DNA of 64,000 nt from Tubulanus polymorphus (GCF_964204645.1 NC_134033.1:1942131-2006130), one strand, 5' to 3'. Positions 27,597 to 39,890 are shown, counted from the stretch's first letter. Numbers and translations are program-made. Notes: generated by a model not told the origin, from the sequence alone.

Positions 27597-28589
27597 CTAA
27601 GTTATGTCTTTTCCGCGACGGTTTCTCACTTTTTTCCGCCGTGGGATCCAATTTTTCTTCACGTAGTTTTTCACCTCGTCGCCGGAGAGAAGATAAATGT
27701 AGAAATTAATGACGCTGTTCGTGGCGTAGAAATCGGCCACGATCAGCGTAACGTCGATAAGGAGTTGGTCCGGGATGACGACGAACGTGGAGATGACCAA
27801 GAACATATCGGTCGGGAAAATGAACACGACGAACATGATCGAGACCGTGATCACTAGAACTGTCGCTTTTCTCGTCGAGCTGGCCTTATTGCCACCTGCG
27901 CCGCCAAATTGCTCCGACCGACGCAACATCGCGATCAGAACCACGTTGAGAATGACGACAGCCGTCACAGGGACGTAGGATGTGAACGTGGGCGAAACTC
28001 GAAAATAAAAGTCCGCCCAATATTCTGAAACGAACACGCATCCGCCGCGGTCTGGACTGTATTCCACAGCCACAAATACATAGGTGAATCCGATGAACCA
28101 CGTGATGGTTAATAAGACGACCAATGTTCGCGAGACGAACGGCGTTGCTATCGTCCTAGCGGAGAACGGCCAGACGACAATGGCGAAACGCTCGACGGTT
28201 AGGAGCGCGATCAAACCCGAGCTGATTATGTCGGTGGCTCCGAAAAAATACTCGTAGAATTGACACCCGAAATCGCTCGTCAATTCGACGACCATTCGCG
28301 GGTAGAAAGCGTAGTTCAGAACGGGCACCGTGTAGGCGAACATCAGGACCGTATCGAAAACGGCCAAAGCCGCTAAATACGACGCGTAGGAGCAGACGCG
28401 GAATTTCTCGCTGGTCATGATGATGAAACTGGCCACGTTACCGAACAGACCGATGAGTGTCATGATCGGTAAGATGATGACCTGCGCGTAACGGAGCATC
28501 GGGGAACAGAGTCTCGGAGAGTCGAACATGACGCTCGTGTACCACGGCAAGAAATATCGAGGCGCTGAAGTTTCGTTTGAGGAGTTCAT
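27597..28589 (-). CDS. Intronless rhodopsin-family (class A) GPCR, FMRFamide/sex-peptide-receptor-like, copy 1 (330 aa)
   Basis: Seven hydrophobic segments, N-terminal NxS/T sequons, TM1 GN, TM2 LAVFD, TM3 Cys and ERF, ECL2 Cys, TM5 YVP, TM7 NSVINFYIY. Confidence 0.93.
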   Translation of the reverse strand: MNSSNETSAPRYFLPWYTSVMFDSPRLCSPMLRYAQVIILPIMTLIGLFGNVASFIIMTSEKFRVCSYASYLAALAVFDTVLMFAYTVPVLNYAFYPRMVVELTSDFGCQFYEYFFGATDIISSGLIALLTVERFAIVVWPFSARTIATPFVSRTLVVLLTITWFIGFTYVFVAVEYSPDRGGCVFVSEYWADFYFRVSPTFTSYVPVTAVVILNVVLIAMLRRSEQFGGAGGNKASSTRKATVLVITVSIMFVVFIFPTDMFLVISTFVVIPDQLLIDVTLIVADFYATNSVINFYIYLLSGDEVKNYVKKNWIPRRKKVRNRRGKDIT

Positions 28590-28989
28590 GTTCGTCTATT
28601 CGGCAGCTAATCCATACAGTCAGCCCAGGTCGGCTGCAATCGTCGATGCGTTTCTCGTAAGACACTTCTTGCCGTTTCTGCACCGTTTGAAGTTTTTTTC
28701 AGCAACTTAAACACAAATACAGGCAGAATATAGCACTCCTGGGAAAACTGAGTTCCTTCGATATACTGCGCAGTCTTTGAAACTCCCCTCGATTTTTGCC
28801 GGGTTCAAGTCAAACACTGAATTGTCCCTGGTCAGGTTAGTGATCACTGATATCCTGTGGTTTGATTCCCCAATATTGAATATTAGCGCACGGATCTGAG
28901 GTTATCGTGACTGCATCACAAAGACGCTTACCGTCGATAATGACAAATCAAATAAATGATTGAAGATCTTCATGTTTTAGTGCCTCAGG

Positions 28990-29040
28990 GGTTCAAATTG
29001 ACCAATCAGCGGCCTGTATTGATAGGTATTGATTTCAACC
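28990..29040 (-). promoter_or_regulatory. Conserved upstream block with CCAAT box (ggttcaaattgaccaatcagcggc), ~400 bp 5' of the GPCR ATG
   Basis: Paralogous blocks at ~32109 and ~34523 lie a similar distance from copies 2 and 3; in copy 3 the box reads CCACT. Confidence 0.5.
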
Positions 29041-29297
29041 CAATGCGCTCACCTTATAATAGATAATTAGGTGTCTTCATCACTGCAGGAGTCTAGCGCT
29101 AAAACAGCCCTCTACAGAAAATTACCCTTCAACAACTCGACTTGAAAAATAGCTCCGATTTTTTCTTGTTTTCATTTAATGATATCAATCGCATCTGCAC
29201 GTATTTCATGTACCGATCTATATTATGGCAAAAAAATTCAAGGGAACTATTGAATAATACAGGATTTGTCCAAACTCTTGTCATATCGAAAGTAAGA

Positions 29298-29348
29298 AAC
29301 ATCGGAGAGGACCTGGTCCGGGATGACAACAAGTGTGGAGATGATGAC
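29298..29348 (-). pseudogene. 51-bp relic of a fourth GPCR copy (VIISTLVVIPDQVLSDV, TM6-ECL3)
   Basis: Aligns to LVISTFVVIPDQLLIDV of copy 1 and sits at the junction of a duplicated upstream block. Confidence 0.75.
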
Positions 29349-29562
29349 TATGCTATGATAACTAGTAAGGTGTCTTCTTCACTGCAGGAGTCTCGGGCTA
29401 AAAAGGTCTTCTGACTAGACACAGAAAATCACCCTAAACAACTGACCCCAGCATGAGGAAAATCAGCTCTGATTTTTTTCTGGTTTTCACTCAATGATAT
29501 CAATCGCAACTGCACACATTTCATGTACTGATGTATATGTTGGCAAATAAAGTTCTTGTTAA

Positions 29563-29836
29563 CCCTTTCAGTGCGTCTACATTGCAGTGCAGTGTATAAA
29601 TCAGTGACAGATTTCGCTAGTACACCGCAGTGCAGTGTATTGATACAATTAGTAATTATCTCTCTTGAAAAATGGCAGCACCTGTCAAACAAAGTGGAAT
29701 ACTAATAACTAATGATACACCTTGCCGTGGTGTAGACGGACTATACTGGTATTCCCGTTATTGAACAATATAGGGTGGAATTTTTAAAATTTTCAAATTA
29801 TCTCCAGCACTATAGGGTTAGTCAGCACTGAAAGGG
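29563..29836 (+). mobile_element. piggyBac-like MITE (TIR CCCTTTCAGTGC, TTAA TSD)
   Basis: TTAA at 29559-29562 and 29837-29840. The paralogous block at ~29205-29255 lacks the insert. Confidence 0.85.
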
Positions 29837-30785
29837 TTAAAAAGAAATTCAAGTGAACTATTGAATAGTCTCGTACAGTGTTTGTTCGAACTCTTGTCAT
29901 ATCGAAAGTAAGTCGTAGGGTCTTTCACGTGATATGGTACATTGACGTAGTTCTACCAGTCATTTCATAGTTCAAATCCTGGCCAATAAAGAATTTTTTC
30001 ATTTCTATCTATAATTTCCAAAGGTTTGCATATTAATGGTGCTGCTAGGGGCAGAAAACCCATTATCGCTGCTTCATCAGTTGGATTTGACTCCGGGAGC
30101 CAAAACAATGACTTCAGTTCCATCGTTGTCGGAAAGATTTGACTCAGTTCTATTAGTTATCAATTAAATTTGACTCTAAGCGTCAACTCTTTGAGACGCA
30201 TTGGTTAATAGATGAACACATCTCAGGTCGTTATACTGTATGTGTGGTGTTTAAATCTCAAATGTAATTCATCAATCAATATTTTTGAATGAAAATGTTA
30301 ATTCCATTCACTTATCAAAGCTACTTTTAGTCTATTCTTTTTTTTCACTGAACTTTGTGGAATAATTTAACTGAGCCAATATGACTCAACTTCATAAATT
30401 TTGATAGTGCGGATATTTAAACCAATAAGGCAGAAAACCCTTTATCGCTGCTATGTAGCAATATTCATTACGACTTTACTGCTTTCCAAGTCTCCCGATT
30501 TAAAAATGCAGTCAAAATGGCTGCAGAAAACCTTTATCACAGCTTCGCAGCTATATTGAACATATTTATTCATGAATTGAAGTATAATTCATTTCTGGTG
30601 GAACAGAAAACCTGTTGAATATATTTATTCATTTGTTGAAGTGTTATTCACTACTGGCTGAAGAGAAAACCTGCTTCTCTGCTTTGCACCTATATGGAAT
30701 ACATTTATTTGTTGAAGTATTATTCATTACTGGTTGAACAGAAAACCTGCTTCACTGCTTTGCAGCTATATTGATTACATTTATA

Positions 30786-31751
30786 TCATTTTTTCCACTG
30801 CTGCAGCCAGTTTTTCTTCACGTAGTTTTTCACCTCGTCGCCGGAGAGAAGATAAATGTAGAAATTGACGATGCTGTTCGTGGCGTAAAAATCGGCCACG
30901 ATCACCGTAACATCGATGAGGAGCTGGTCCGGGATGACGACGAGCGTGGTGATAAAAACAAAGATATCGGTCGGGATGACGAATACGGCGAACATGATCG
31001 ATACCGTGATTACTAAAAATGTCGCTTTTCTCGTTGAGCTGCCTTTCTTGCCACCAGCGCCGCCAAATCGCGCCGAGCGGCGGAGCATCACGATCAGAAC
31101 TACGTTGAAAATGGCAACAGCCATCACCGGCAAATACGACGTGAATGTTGGCGAAATTCGTAAATCTAAGTCCGCCCAGTATTCTGAAACGAACACGCAA
31201 CCGCCGCGGTCCTCGCTGTATCTTATAGCCACGAATACATACGTGAATCCAACGTACCACGTGACCGTTAACAAGACGATCAGCGTCCGCGAGACGAACG
31301 GCGTTGCTATAGTTCTGGCAGAAAACGGCCAGACGACAATGGCAACACGTTCGACTGTCAGGAGCGTGATCAAACCTGAACTGATTATGTCGCTAACTCC
31401 AAAGAAATACTCGTAGAATTGACAGGCAAAATCGCTCGTCGACTCGATCACCATTTGTGGATAGAAAGCGTAGTTAAGAACGGGCGCCGTGTAGGCGAAC
31501 ATCAGCAGCGTATCGAAAACGGCCAAAGCCGCCAAATACGACGCGTAGGAGCAGACGCGGAATTTCTCACTGGTCATGATGATGAAACTGGCCGCGTTAC
31601 CGAATAGACCGGTGACCGTCATAATCGGTAAGATGATGACCTGCGCGTAACGGAGCATCGGGGAACATAGTCTCGGAGAGTCGAACATGACGCTCGTGTA
31701 CCACGGCAGGAAATATTGCTTCCCCGTAGTTTCGTTCGAGGACAGCGACAT
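30786..31751 (-). CDS. Intronless class A GPCR, copy 2 (321 aa)
   Basis: Close paralog of copy 1 with 7TM pattern, ERV in TM3 and NSIVNFYIY in TM7. Confidence 0.93.
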   Translation of the reverse strand: MSLSSNETTGKQYFLPWYTSVMFDSPRLCSPMLRYAQVIILPIMTVTGLFGNAASFIIMTSEKFRVCSYASYLAALAVFDTLLMFAYTAPVLNYAFYPQMVIESTSDFACQFYEYFFGVSDIISSGLITLLTVERVAIVVWPFSARTIATPFVSRTLIVLLTVTWYVGFTYVFVAIRYSEDRGGCVFVSEYWADLDLRISPTFTSYLPVMAVAIFNVVLIVMLRRSARFGGAGGKKGSSTRKATFLVITVSIMFAVFVIPTDIFVFITTLVVIPDQLLIDVTVIVADFYATNSIVNFYIYLLSGDEVKNYVKKNWLQQWKK

Positions 31752-32396
31752 GCTGCTCCCATCAAATCAACGAGCTCCTTTAATTTACTAGGTCCTTACT
31801 TGCTCCTGGCTCTTTAGATACACCACTTCTGCTCCTGGGAAGACTGAGCTCCTTTGATACACCACAGCTTATCTCGGTCTCCTCCTTGCTACTGGATACA
31901 CGCCTTATCACCAGCCGACTTGGTCCACGTCAAACTACCTCAGTTGTCGGTAAAACGATGATGGAGCAGTTTCAAACTATTACGAACTCATCGCAAAGAC
32001 ATCCTGCCTAAACAACGTCAAACCCGGTCTTTTCAATTTTTCAAAAAGTTATTTCGTTAAACTTGAAAGAATATACGGCACCTACTTTGCACGTTTTAGT
32101 GCTGCGGTGGTTTAAATTGACCAATCAGCGGCTAGTATTGATCGTTATTGATCTGAACTCAAGCCAGATAATAGATAATTGGGTACACGATAACTTTTCA
32201 GAGTTTTCACCGCAAGAGTCTGTTGTTAGAAAATAAGCGGTCCCTCTGCGCACACTAAATTACCCTTTAACTACCGAACCCCGGCACGCAGAGATTTTTC
32301 CGATTTTATCGTTTTGGTTTTCACGTACATGTAATGTTATCTAACGATTTGAAGTGTAAGGACCAGGAGCATTCAACGACCCTGTATGCGACATAA

Positions 32397-32698
32397 GCCG
32401 CGATCACACGGAGACGATTTGGCCCGGGCAAAATTGGCGCATACCAGGTCGAGTCAAATTTGACCCATGTCTAATAAGAGCGCGCTCACACGCAACCCAC
32501 TTAGTCGATATTAAACAATGCTCAAACAAAGCAAAGTGAGTCATTTCCAGAACCAGTTGCAAATCACACACAACCATTTATACAGTGCTAAAATTCGGCT
32601 CAGGCCAAACAGGCCCAGGTCAAACAGGCACGGACAGATTTGGCACCCGTGTGAACAGTTTTTTTGGCATGGGCCAAAATCGCTTGTGTGATCGCGGC
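32397..32698 (+). mobile_element. MITE with TIR GCCGCGATCACAC (Harbinger-like)
   Basis: Clear TIRs, imperfect TSD (taa / aat). Related fragments at 8630 and 22382. Confidence 0.65.
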
Positions 32699-33194
32699 AA
32701 TATATGATGCTTTTAAATGTTTTGTTGTTTGGCAAGGGAGTTCGTGGTTAATGATGACACCATTGAGTGTGACATTCTACGTCATATACCAACATCTAGT
32801 AATCACAGTCAGGTCTTCATTTGGGAGCTGCTGCAGTAGCTGAAGCTGCTAATAGCTGTAGATTGTATCTGCTACAGTTATATATTTCAGTCTCCCATAT
32901 AAAATTGGTGTCACAGAAAATGGCTGCGGAAAACCTTTTATCGCTGCTTTGCAGCTATATTGAATATATGCATTTATTTCTTGAAGTGTTATTCATTACT
33001 GGTGGAACAGAAAACCTGTTATCGCTGCTTTGCAGCTATATTGAATGTTGATTTATTTGTTGAAGTATCATTCATTTTGGTGGAACAGAAACCTGTTATA
33101 GCTGTTCAGCAGCTATATTTTATAAATATCAGTATGGGAGATTTAATCGTATTTTCAAATCTTTAAGTTACCAAGTTTTATTTCTTTTCCGCCG

Positions 33195-34147
33195 TCATAT
33201 TTTCCGCCGCGGGAGCCAATTTTTCGTCACGTAATTCTTCACCTCTTCACCGGTGAGAAGATAAACGTAGAAATTGACGATGCTGTTCGTGGCGTAGAAA
33301 TCAGCGACGATCACCGTAACGTCGATGAGAAGCTGGTCCGGAATGATGACCATTGTGGAGATTAACACGAACATATCGGTCGGGAAAATGAACACGACGA
33401 ACATGATCGATACCGTGATTACTAAAGATGTTGCTTTTCTCGTCGAGCTGGCCTTCTTACCACCCGCTCCACCGAATCGCTCCGACCGACGGAGCATCAA
33501 GATCAGAACCATGTTAAAAATCACCACAACCGTCACAGGTAAATACGACGTGAATGTGGGCGAAATTCGAAAACTGAAGTCCGCCCAGTATTGCGAAACG
33601 AACAGTCGGCGCTGTATTCCACAGCCATGAGTAAGTAGGTGAATGCAGCAAACCACGTAGTGGTTAACAAGATGACCAGCGTCCGCGAGACGAACGGCGT
33701 CGCTATGGTTCTGGCGGTGAACGGCCAGACGACAATGGCGAAGCGTTCGGCGGTCAGTAACACGATCAAACCCGAACTGATTATGTCGGTGACCGTGAAA
33801 AAATACTCGTAAAAATCACACGCGAAATTGCTGGTAAATTTGATGACCATTCGCGGATAGAAAGCGTAGTTAAGAACTGGCGCCGTATAGGCGAACATCA
33901 GCAGCGTATCGAAAACGGCCAAAGCCGCCAAATACGACGCGTAGGAGCAGACGCGGAATTTCTCGCTGGTCATGATGATGAAACTGGCGACGTTACCGAA
34001 CAGACCGATGAGTGTCATGATCGGTAAGATGATGACCTGCGCGTAACGGAGCATCGGAGAACAGAGTCTTGGAGAGTCGAACATGACGCTCGTGTACCAC
34101 GGCAGGAAATATCTAGGTGCTGTCGTTTTGTTGAAAGACAGCGACAT
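33195..34147 (-). pseudogene. Frameshifted GPCR copy 3
   Basis: Relative to copy 1, 13 nt (CGCGGCGGATGCG) are missing between 33605 and 33604. This removes the ECL2 GGC motif and splits the gene into ORFs 33533-34147 and 33195-33656. Confidence 0.85.
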
Positions 34148-37100
34148 GCCGCTCCGACTAAACTGAAAAGCTCCTTTAATTTACTGCTCCTTGCTCCTGG
34201 AAACACTCAGCTCTTAGATATACCGTGCTACCGGTGAACAGCGAGCTCCTTAGTAATGCCAAGCTTCTCAAAAACCTCGCTCCTTTGTCTTATAGCGGTA
34301 TCTTCCTTGCTCCTGGACACACACCCTCGATCGCCAGCCAACCTGGTCCACGTCAATTGTAGCTATCTGATAAAGCAAACAATCGATCCTGTCTCCTGAT
34401 ACTATCGAACAGTAACCAATCTCGAAGACGACAAATTTCGATTCTTTCGACTTTTAAAAAATAATTTCACTAAATTCGAAAGAAGATACCGCGCCTGCTT
34501 AACATGTTTTAGTGCCACAACGGTTCAAATTGACCACTCAGCGGCCAGCATTGATCGGTATTGATTTCAACTAGCTCTCTGAGCCCTGGTTTGATAAAAG
34601 ATAATTGCGTAAATGATAATTATTCTCGAGTCTTCATCACAGCAGGAGTCCGTCGTTAGAAAATAGCCGTCCATCTGCATAGACGCAGAAAATTACACCT
34701 TAAGAACCGACCCCGGGCATGAAGGAAATTAACTCCGATTATCCTTTGGGTTTTATTTCTAATGATATTTATCTATTTGAAGTATAAGTGTGTGGATCGG
34801 CTGCACTCAATAACACCATTTCTCATATCCTGGTCTCATTCGTGACATTTCTGACACTCGTAGAAGTTTTGCTGCTCTGCTTAAGGGGGCTATGGAGCCC
34901 CCACCATGAAGACGATGCCTTCATTCTACCACGTCTGAGTCAAAACTATGAGTCCAGTTCCATTGAGTCAGTTGCATATGACTCTAGAGTTAAAATGATT
35001 ATCATCAGTCCGGTGTACAATGTTTATTATCAGTAGGATTGACTTTTTAGTCAAAACAATGACTTCTATAATGAATTCAATAGTAGTCAGTTGAATTTGA
35101 AGAGTCAAATGATGACTCCACGCGCTACCAGATTTTTTCATAGCTATCCGATTTGACTCAAGTCAACTGAAATTAACTGATATTGACTTCTGCAGTCCTC
35201 GACGCCAAATGGACAGAACCGAACGCTTCATAAAAATAGAAAATTCGTGCAAAAACGAACGTAAGAAAAAATTCTTGAAGTCCGTCTGCTTGAAGTCCGT
35301 CTGCTCACGAATCGTCGCTCGTTCTCAAGGTCGAACGAAGGACGCACGTTTTTTCCGCCGGGCTCGTAAAAACCGAATCTCTCAGCAACGCTCAGACATC
35401 ATAAATCACCGTGGTGACGCGTGCAACAATGTATGCTCGTCGCACGAGGAGATAAATTTCTTACGCAACGCGAATGTAGTCAATTAACGAAATACCTGTT
35501 AGGACACCCGACGGGGGGAGGGGCGATATCAACCCCCTTCAGCCCCTCCCCCTCCAACGAATACAAACAGCCATTCATCAATCATCAATATTATGTATTG
35601 ACAATTTATCAATAAGATTCCGAAAGCAATCAATCAATAGATCGATAGTTACACTGGCCGTTTAAAGATACCGATATCTGGAATGAGATTGGCCGAATAA
35701 TATTATTCTTATTCAAAAGTACGATACGAAATACAGGCCTGAATCGCAACCGTGAATCAGGAGCTGATTATATACGACTGAAAGTCAAACGAGCCTAACT
35801 CAGACATATTTTCCGATGGTTTTCACTCATTCACCTGATGAAGCTTCTAGCAGAAGCTCGTGCGTCAAGTTAACAATCAGGTCTGCGTCTGGTAGCTGCT
35901 GCAGTAGCTGAAGCTGCTAATAGCTGCGTCTGAGTTCAGCTCATTTTACCTGATTTATGTCAGACTGAATTAGAAATTGACACCATTTTTCGAGTGATTA
36001 GGTCGAAGAGCGTCAGCCGTCTGCCGAGAGAGAGCGAGCTTCCTCGACTCAATCGAATACCGATCACTATGGTTACGTAACCCGGCTATGCATATACACG
36101 TGCGACATGTTCCTAGCTTCGTGTTCCACTGAACCAGTCCGCTCGGAGCCAACCACTCGAGAAAGGATGGCTCCAGTCCAAGCCTAAAAGTGAATACCTG
36201 TGTTTTTAAACCAACACATAGCTTACCATGAAAAAAGAAAGATTTGACTTTATGCTGTGATTTCAATAGGGATGACTCCAAAATGCTGTGATCGGGATAT
36301 CAATCCAGCTGGAGCCACCCCAATTATGAATATATGCATAACACTGAAACATAGCCCAACATAATAAGAGTTAGATTCAATTTTTTCGAAAAAAAATCGA
36401 ACATCATTTCAGATAATTTTCTTTAAAACTTTAAGTTTTCTTTAAGTTTGAAAAAACTTGCAAAAAAAATTTAAATACTTGAATCAAAATCTGAACGAAT
36501 TCGATTTGAAAGCTTAACAAAATTCTTAAAAGGAAATAATCAAAATGTCGTCTGCTCTCCTCCGTCGTAGTCATCTAAACAAACGTGCATAACGATAACA
36601 ATCATACTTGTTGCTCGAGCAACCGCCGCTGCCGTCTCAAAATTCGACCCGCCGGGAATACATCTCGGCTATGGTTGCTAGGCGACGGGATTCGCGGTAA
36701 CTCCGGCGCGGCGGTGCGCGGAATACGCGATCGTTGCGTCCCAGATAGATCTTTAATCAAACCGCTTCGATAATCAGCTGTTTTATAGTCACTTAAAACA
36801 CGATCTCAAACCGTACACCCCTATCAGTTTTATGGTGACAATTTTTCTCACTTAGAACAGGATCTCGAAACGTACACCTCCAAACCTCAAAAACTGTACA
36901 ACCATACCCCCTATCGGTTTTATGGTGACAATTTCTGTCACGACAGAACCTCAAACCCTTCAGTTTTACGGTGTCCCAAAGTCAATATCATGTGTACTAC
37001 TACCACGCCGACCCATTTTCTGTTTTCTTGACAAATGAAAAAGGGCGCTCAAAATAATTTGATGGACTTGCACAAGTCTGAAACGAGTCTCGCACTCGGA

Positions 37101-37659
37101 TCATTTCTTTCAAACACAGCTGAAGTAGGTATTCAGATCCATCCGAGTCTATTTCAGTTGGATCAAATTCACTTCTGTAAGAATAACTGTCACAGTTGAC
37201 TATGGTATTGTTGGCCTTAATCTTAATTTTCAAAAACATTTTCCTTGTATACTCTCAGAGTTTATCTTAAGTTAGTCTTTAAGTCAATTCTAGTCATTTA
37301 ATTGGCTTAAAATCATTTAAAAATTGCTAAATTTCCCACAAACCGGAATTCTTTTTGCAACAGGTGGATTTAAACAGTTTCTAGATAGAAAATTTGATAG
37401 AAATGTACAAACATCTGCGTCAGATATTGAGAAATGTAATTACACTTGCGCCATCTAACAGCAATACCAGTAACTACAATGCATATACCACAATGCCATA
37501 AAGCTGTAAGTTTTTCGATACATTGGAACAAATGACAGTCAGGGGAGGAATCTGGAACTAATAAGACACCCCCAAAACCAAAAAAAAATCTGAACAATCA
37601 TCGAGTTCTTACAAATCCCCCAAAAATCCTTATATTACTATTCTGACCAGTGAACAAAA

Positions 37660-37810
37660 ATTCCCTGATTAAATTACAAGATATCCTCAGTGAGGGCTGT
37701 TTCTTATCAAGAGGTTCCTCGTGTCACTCGTCACCAGCAAGAACAACAAGACACCAAAAATTGAAAAAAAATTCCCTTATTTTCAAGAAAAGAATCAGAA
37801 TTCCCTGATT
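37660..37810. repeat. ~110-bp dispersed repeat (caagatatcctcagtgagggctgtttcttatcaagaggttcc...)
   Basis: Further copies at 38772-38990 (two in tandem) and 24218-24320. Confidence 0.85.
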
Positions 37811-37842
37811 CCTGTAAAAAATCCAAAAAAAGAAAAACTTAC

Positions 37843-38683
37843 CTTTTTCTGAACCTCTTCAGCGACCTTCAGCTTCTTCTCGAACTTCGACCAGTCCATC
37901 ATTCCGTCATTGCGGTAAATATCGCAACCGTCGTCTGCAGCGCCGGTCGATTGCTGACGATTTTTCTGCTGATGCTGCGCGACAACATTGGCGGCGCCAC
38001 CGGCGGCGGCGGTCGACGACTTCTCGCGCGATTTCCGCATTTCGGCGTTCTCCGACGTTTTCAAATTCAGCTCGTGCGGCGCCGTCGTTTTACGAGCAGA
38101 CGCCGAATCGGGACTGGTGGCGTCGTCGTCGTCCGCGCCATCGCGCCGACATCCCCGCGCCGACGAATCCTTATGCAGATCGAACGGCAACGCGTTGGCG
38201 TCGATTTTCTTCAACTCGGCGAACTCCTGCGCCAAACTCAGATAGTTGATCTTCTTGACGCGTTTGGCGAACTCTTCGTCGGATTCGTCGTCGTGGCGTT
38301 TGATGTCGTTGGCGTCGGCGTCGTCGTCGCGCGGGTACATCGTGTTACCGGTCGCCAGGTCGTCCATGTTGATGATTTTGACGTCGTGCTCGGTGAAATG
38401 GTCGATCAGCGGGTCGGCGAGTTCCGAATAATCCGACAGGATCGACTCGCATTCAGAGTCGTTTTGCGGTTTCAAGGTCGTCAGCGGTAAATACTGGCAG
38501 ACGGATCCGTCGAACGGTTTCGATTGGTGGATTTTTTCAGGTTTCCGCGGCGTCGATACGGCAGGCTCGTCGTACGCTTCCACCTCCGACATTTCAACGT
38601 CCGAACTCGGACTGCTGTTCGATGTCATGGATGATTTTTGGTGCTGGTCTTTAAGCTGGTACGCCCTCCAAGCTCTTTGAATC
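37843..38683 (-). CDS. IQCJ-SCHIP1: Large exon (841 nt) of the IQCJ-SCHIP1-like gene: IQ motif IQRAWRAY, Ser/acidic linker, MDWSKFEKKL motif
   Basis: Acceptor ttttgtag|G (phase 2) and donor AAG|gtaagt (phase 0). IQRAWRAY resembles human IQCJ IQRAWREY; MDWSKFEKKL resembles SCHIP1 MDWEALEKHL (both recalled). Confidence 0.85.
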
Positions 38684-39576
38684 CTACAAAACAAAATTCC
38701 AAAAATATCATTTTTCTTGGGGTTCTTACAGATCAAGAATCCATAATTCTGTGATGTTTCTCTGACCCTTCATTCCCTGGTTAAATTATAAGATATCCTC
38801 AGTGAGGGCTGTTTCTTATCAAGAGGTTCCTCGTGTCACTCATTACCAACAAGAACAAGACACCAAAAATTCAAATTCCCTGATTAAATTATAAGATATC
38901 CTCAGTGAGGACTGTTTCTTATCAAGAGGTTCCTTGTGTCACTCATCAACAGCAAGAACAACGAGACACCAAATATTCAAATTCCCTGACATTTCCGGAT
39001 TTCTAAAACATTTTTCTCAGCTGTCAGAACCATTTTTATGGGCATGATCACTTTCCTAGTTTTGTCAGATCACTGGAAACCAAGTTCAGACCAGGCCGAC
39101 ACCGTGTAAGTTTGATAATCAGACCCTTGAAGATCAATTTCACATCAAATGCGCAAGTGAAGAACTCTATCAATACCGAAGCCGAGAATACTTCATAATC
39201 TTATGGACAGATGGCAGCACCAGTCGAGCATTGGTGCATCATAGAATTTGTCATCGAAACTAAAATAGAATATTCAGTCATCGATGTTTATTTTGAATTG
39301 CTCTCGAGAAATTCAATTGCTCCGAAATTTCCGTGATGACTCAATAAATTAAACCGTTGTTGGAATCTTACTGAATTACGTGTTCATAAGCAGATTTCCG
39401 ATTCCAGATTCTTTTTTGACGTGTTTGTTTTGACCAGAATATGCTCTACCCATCATAATCTGCTGGTAGAGTTTCAGGATCCGTACAGATCGGTCATTTC
39501 TGAAGTTTTCAAGGAGTTTTATAAAGGAGAAAATTCCGAGGAGGCCTCTGCGTCACCAAATTACTGTAGAATCCTG

Positions 39577-39887
39577 GGGCCGGTTGCATAGTCATGGCTT
39601 AGACTTAAGAACTTTGTTCTATAGCCAATCTAACAACTTAAGACCAGTCTAAGACCAACTTAGTTCTATAACCAATCTAACAACTTAAGACCAGTCTAAG
39701 CTCATTTTGGTTCTATAATCAATCTAACAACTTAAGACCAGTCTTAGCTCATTTTGGTTCTATAACCAATCTAACAACTTAAGACCAGTCTAAGCTCATT
39801 TAGGTTCTATAACCAATCTAACATCTCAAGACCAGTCTTAAGATTTTAGAGCACTCTTGGACTGAAGTCACGACTGTGCAACTGCCC
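39577..39887 (+). mobile_element. MITE A with an internally amplified 47-bp unit, CTG TSD
   Basis: Same TIRs as the 6154 element; CTG at 39574-39576 and 39888-39890; ~5 internal units. Confidence 0.8.
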
Positions 39888-39890
39888 CTG

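Noticed and set aside
37795-38736. The 313-aa ORF as a stand-alone gene
   Set aside because: Both ends are intronic read-through; the true exon is 38683-37843.
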